Positions 61,684-64,000 of a DNA stretch of 64,000 nucleotides are shown here, piece by piece. The notes beneath the pieces are model-generated. The model was not told where the DNA came from. It did no database searches and worked only from the letters and a program-made list of their open reading frames with translations. The stretch is taken from contig VFKX01000007.1 in the NCBI GenBank assembly GCA_009885285.1, positions 5,046 through 69,045 of the forward strand, written 5' to 3'. Every line of letters starts with the position of its first letter. Within the stretch, counting starts at the first letter, position 1. The position numbers were made by a program, and so were the translations under genes. The stretch comes from Candidatus Falkowbacteria bacterium. GTDB taxonomy: Bacteria; Patescibacteriota; Patescibacteriia; Patescibacteriales; UBA12465.

Positions 61684-62730
61684 CTATTCAGAACCTAAAG
61701 GCAAGACAACTTTCTCTAAAAGCTCCTTATCGGTCAGTAAAATACCGGTGCCGCGGACTACACAAGTCAAAGGATCTTCAGAAATCTTAACTGGAATTTT
61801 AGTGGCGGCTGAGATTGCCTTGTCCAATCCGCGCAGCAAAGCGCCACCGCCGGACATATAAATGCCACGCTCATAAATATCAGAGACTAGTTCCGGAGGA
61901 GTCGTCTCAAGAATCGTTTTGATATTATCAATAATCTTGACGACCGTCCGGCTCAGCGCCTCTCTGATTTGCTTATCGCTGACCATCAAAGCTTTCGGCA
62001 AACCAGTCACTAAATCGCGTCCGCGAACTTCAATCTCTGATGGCGTTTCCAGCGGCACCGCCGAGCCAACCGTGATTTTAATATGCTCAGCTAACTGTTC
62101 ACCGATTAAAATATTAAATTCTTCTCGGATATACTCAATGATATTATTATCAAATTCATTACCAGCCGACTTCAAAGATTTCCAAGTGACAACGCCGCCC
62201 AAAGAGATGACGGCAATCTCTGTGGTGCCGCCGCCGATATCAACAATCATTGTCGCGGTCGCTTCAGTGACTGGCAAGCGGGCGCCAATGGCTGCGGCCA
62301 TGGCTTCTTCGATTAAATAGACTTTTCTTGCACCGGCTGACTTCGCGGCATCTTCAACCGCTTTCTTCTCCACCTCGGTCAAGTCAAGCGGAATGCCGAT
62401 AACGACGCGTGGCCGGGAAATCAGGGTAAAGTTTTCCGCATGCACTTTCTGAATAAAATATTTAAGCATCTTTTCCGTCACTTCAAAATCAGAAATAACT
62501 CCATCAACCAACGGCTTAATGGCTTCAATATGTCCCGGCGTCTTGCCAACCATGCGCTTCGCCGCTTCGCCGACTTCCAAGATTTCGTTAGTCCGCTTAT
62601 TGATAGCAACTACACTCGGCTCATTGACTATCAAACCCTTATCCACGACATAAACCAGGGTATTCTTCGTCCCCAAGTCGATACCAAGGTCGTGGCTGAA
62701 TTTTCCGAGCAGTTTAGTGAATATTGTCAT
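61684..62730 (-). CDS. mreB: Rod shape-determining protein MreB
   Basis: GIDLGT, DIGGGTTE and GGGALL motifs; heads mreBCD. Confidence 0.95.
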   Translation of the reverse strand: MTIFTKLLGKFSHDLGIDLGTKNTLVYVVDKGLIVNEPSVVAINKRTNEILEVGEAAKRMVGKTPGHIEAIKPLVDGVISDFEVTEKMLKYFIQKVHAENFTLISRPRVVIGIPLDLTEVEKKAVEDAAKSAGARKVYLIEEAMAAAIGARLPVTEATATMIVDIGGGTTEIAVISLGGVVTWKSLKSAGNEFDNNIIEYIREEFNILIGEQLAEHIKITVGSAVPLETPSEIEVRGRDLVTGLPKALMVSDKQIREALSRTVVKIIDNIKTILETTPPELVSDIYERGIYMSGGGALLRGLDKAISAATKIPVKISEDPLTCVVRGTGILLTDKELLEKVVLPLGSE

Positions 62731-62781
62731 GTTGTAATTATTATATTTTTCCGTAACAGGGATTTTAAATATCTCTAGCGA

Positions 62782-64000
62782 TTATTTCCAATAAGCCATC
62801 AGGTCTTTAATGGCCACCAAAGAACTGGTATCATCAGACCGCCTCTTAATTTCTACGCTAGCCGCCACTAATGTCTTCTTGCTAACCAAGACGCGATAAG
62901 GACAGCCGATTAAATCCGCATCAGCGAATTTTTCACCAGCCGAAATTTCCCGGTCGTCAAATAAGACTTCAAAACCGGCAGCTATTAAATCAGCGTATAC
63001 AGAGGCAGCAGCCTCATTTTCCCCTAAAGACAGGAGATGGATCTTGTACGGTGCAATATTTTCCGGCCAGATCAGCCCCTTATCGTCATGAAAAGTCTCG
63101 ACGATAGTGCCCATTACCCGACTCGGACCAATGCCATAACAGCCCATCACCGCCTGATTGTCATGCCCTTCATCATCTTTATAAACTACATTAAATGAGC
63201 CGGAAAATTTAGTGCCCAGCTTAAAAATATTACCGACTTCAATCGCCTTCTTTTCTGCCAGTTCTTTGTTGCCACATTGCGGACAAGCTGATTGCTCAGC
63301 AATTATCTCTTTGTTAATAGCGATATGGCAATGATTACAAACATAAATCAAATCTTCACCGGCGTCAGATATAGTCTGAAATTCATGAGAATATTTCGAG
63401 AAAGTGCCACCGGCTGCATAAGTGAAATATGTTATTTCACCGAGACCTAAGCGCTGGAATATCTTATTATAAGCTCCGACAGCCCTATCGTAATATGCAT
63501 CAAGATCTGCCTGATCAGTGTGAAAAGAATACATATCCTTCATTAAAAATTCCCGGCCGCGCATCAAACCAGCCTTTGCTCTTTTTTCATTTCGAAATTT
63601 AGTCTGAATTTGATAGACGCTAAACGGCAAATCCTTATATGATAAGATAAACTTCTTGGCTAAAGGAGTGACAATTTCTTCGTGAGTAGCGCCAAGCGCA
63701 TATTCTTTATTATCTCCGCCCTTGAGACGGAACAGAACATCAAAATTCTCCCAGCGATCAGTCGCCTCCAGATATTCCTTAGGTATTAGAGAGGTCATGA
63801 GAATTTCCTGACCGCCAATAACGTCCATCTCTTCGCGGATAACTCTACAAATTTTATCAAGAACCCTCTTACCCAGAGGCAGATAAGAATAAACGCCGGC
63901 GGCCACTTTATCAATAAATCCGGCCCTGATCAAAGTCTGAGCATTATAACTAGTCTCATCCTTAGGCAATTCTTTGACAGTTCTAGTAAAAAGTTGTGAT
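62782..64000 (-). CDS. proS: Proline--tRNA ligase lacking the INS editing domain; start lies beyond the window
   Basis: THEE, KFRNE.R..GLMRGREF and MGCYGIG motifs; frame stays open to base 64000 (SQLFTRTVKELPKDE). Confidence 0.93.
   Translation of the reverse strand, partial: SQLFTRTVKELPKDETSYNAQTLIRAGFIDKVAAGVYSYLPLGKRVLDKICRVIREEMDVIGGQEILMTSLIPKEYLEATDRWENFDVLFRLKGGDNKEYALGATHEEIVTPLAKKFILSYKDLPFSVYQIQTKFRNEKRAKAGLMRGREFLMKDMYSFHTDQADLDAYYDRAVGAYNKIFQRLGLGEITYFTYAAGGTFSKYSHEFQTISDAGEDLIYVCNHCHIAINKEIIAEQSACPQCGNKELAEKKAIEVGNIFKLGTKFSGSFNVVYKDDEGHDNQAVMGCYGIGPSRVMGTIVETFHDDKGLIWPENIAPYKIHLLSLGENEAAASVYADLIAAGFEVLFDDREISAGEKFADADLIGCPYRVLVSKKTLVAASVEIKRRSDDTSSLVAIKDLMAYWK

Overview
Core-genome window from a Patescibacteria (CPR) bacterium, probably class ABY1 (Falkowbacteria-like). 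This placement is inferred from the missing rpmD/L30 between S5 and L15, the short AlaRS and ProRS, ribosomal proteins with long charged tails, starts without a Shine-Dalgarno site and two MreB paralogs. Genetic code 11 fits, since TGA ends comEC, murB and murG. Most genes are on the minus strand: the str-S10-spc cluster (834-17062), a separate infA-alpha-L13/S9 operon (26161-30365), alaS, a dcw cluster (murB, murC, murG, ftsW, mraY), mreBCD and a partial proS. A plus-strand PilB-like/glycosyltransferase cluster and several surface proteins lie among them. Main hits: (1) a tandem array of three Bacteroidota-style lipoprotein paralogs (32.4-37.1 kb), each with its own promoter, near-identical leader and terminator, a shared N-terminal core and a different C-terminal module, one of which carries thioester-domain (covalent adhesin) motifs; (2) an unannotated ~65-nt structured RNA with its own promoter and terminator at 20.6 kb; (3) an RpoA lacking its C-terminal domain; (4) an orphan Phd/YefM-like gene between fusA and tuf; (5) terminator-like hairpins in the leaders of rpsL, rplC and infA; (6) a ~1027-codon surface protein gene split by one in-frame TAA. 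No CRISPR array, tRNA, rRNA or mobile element was recognised.
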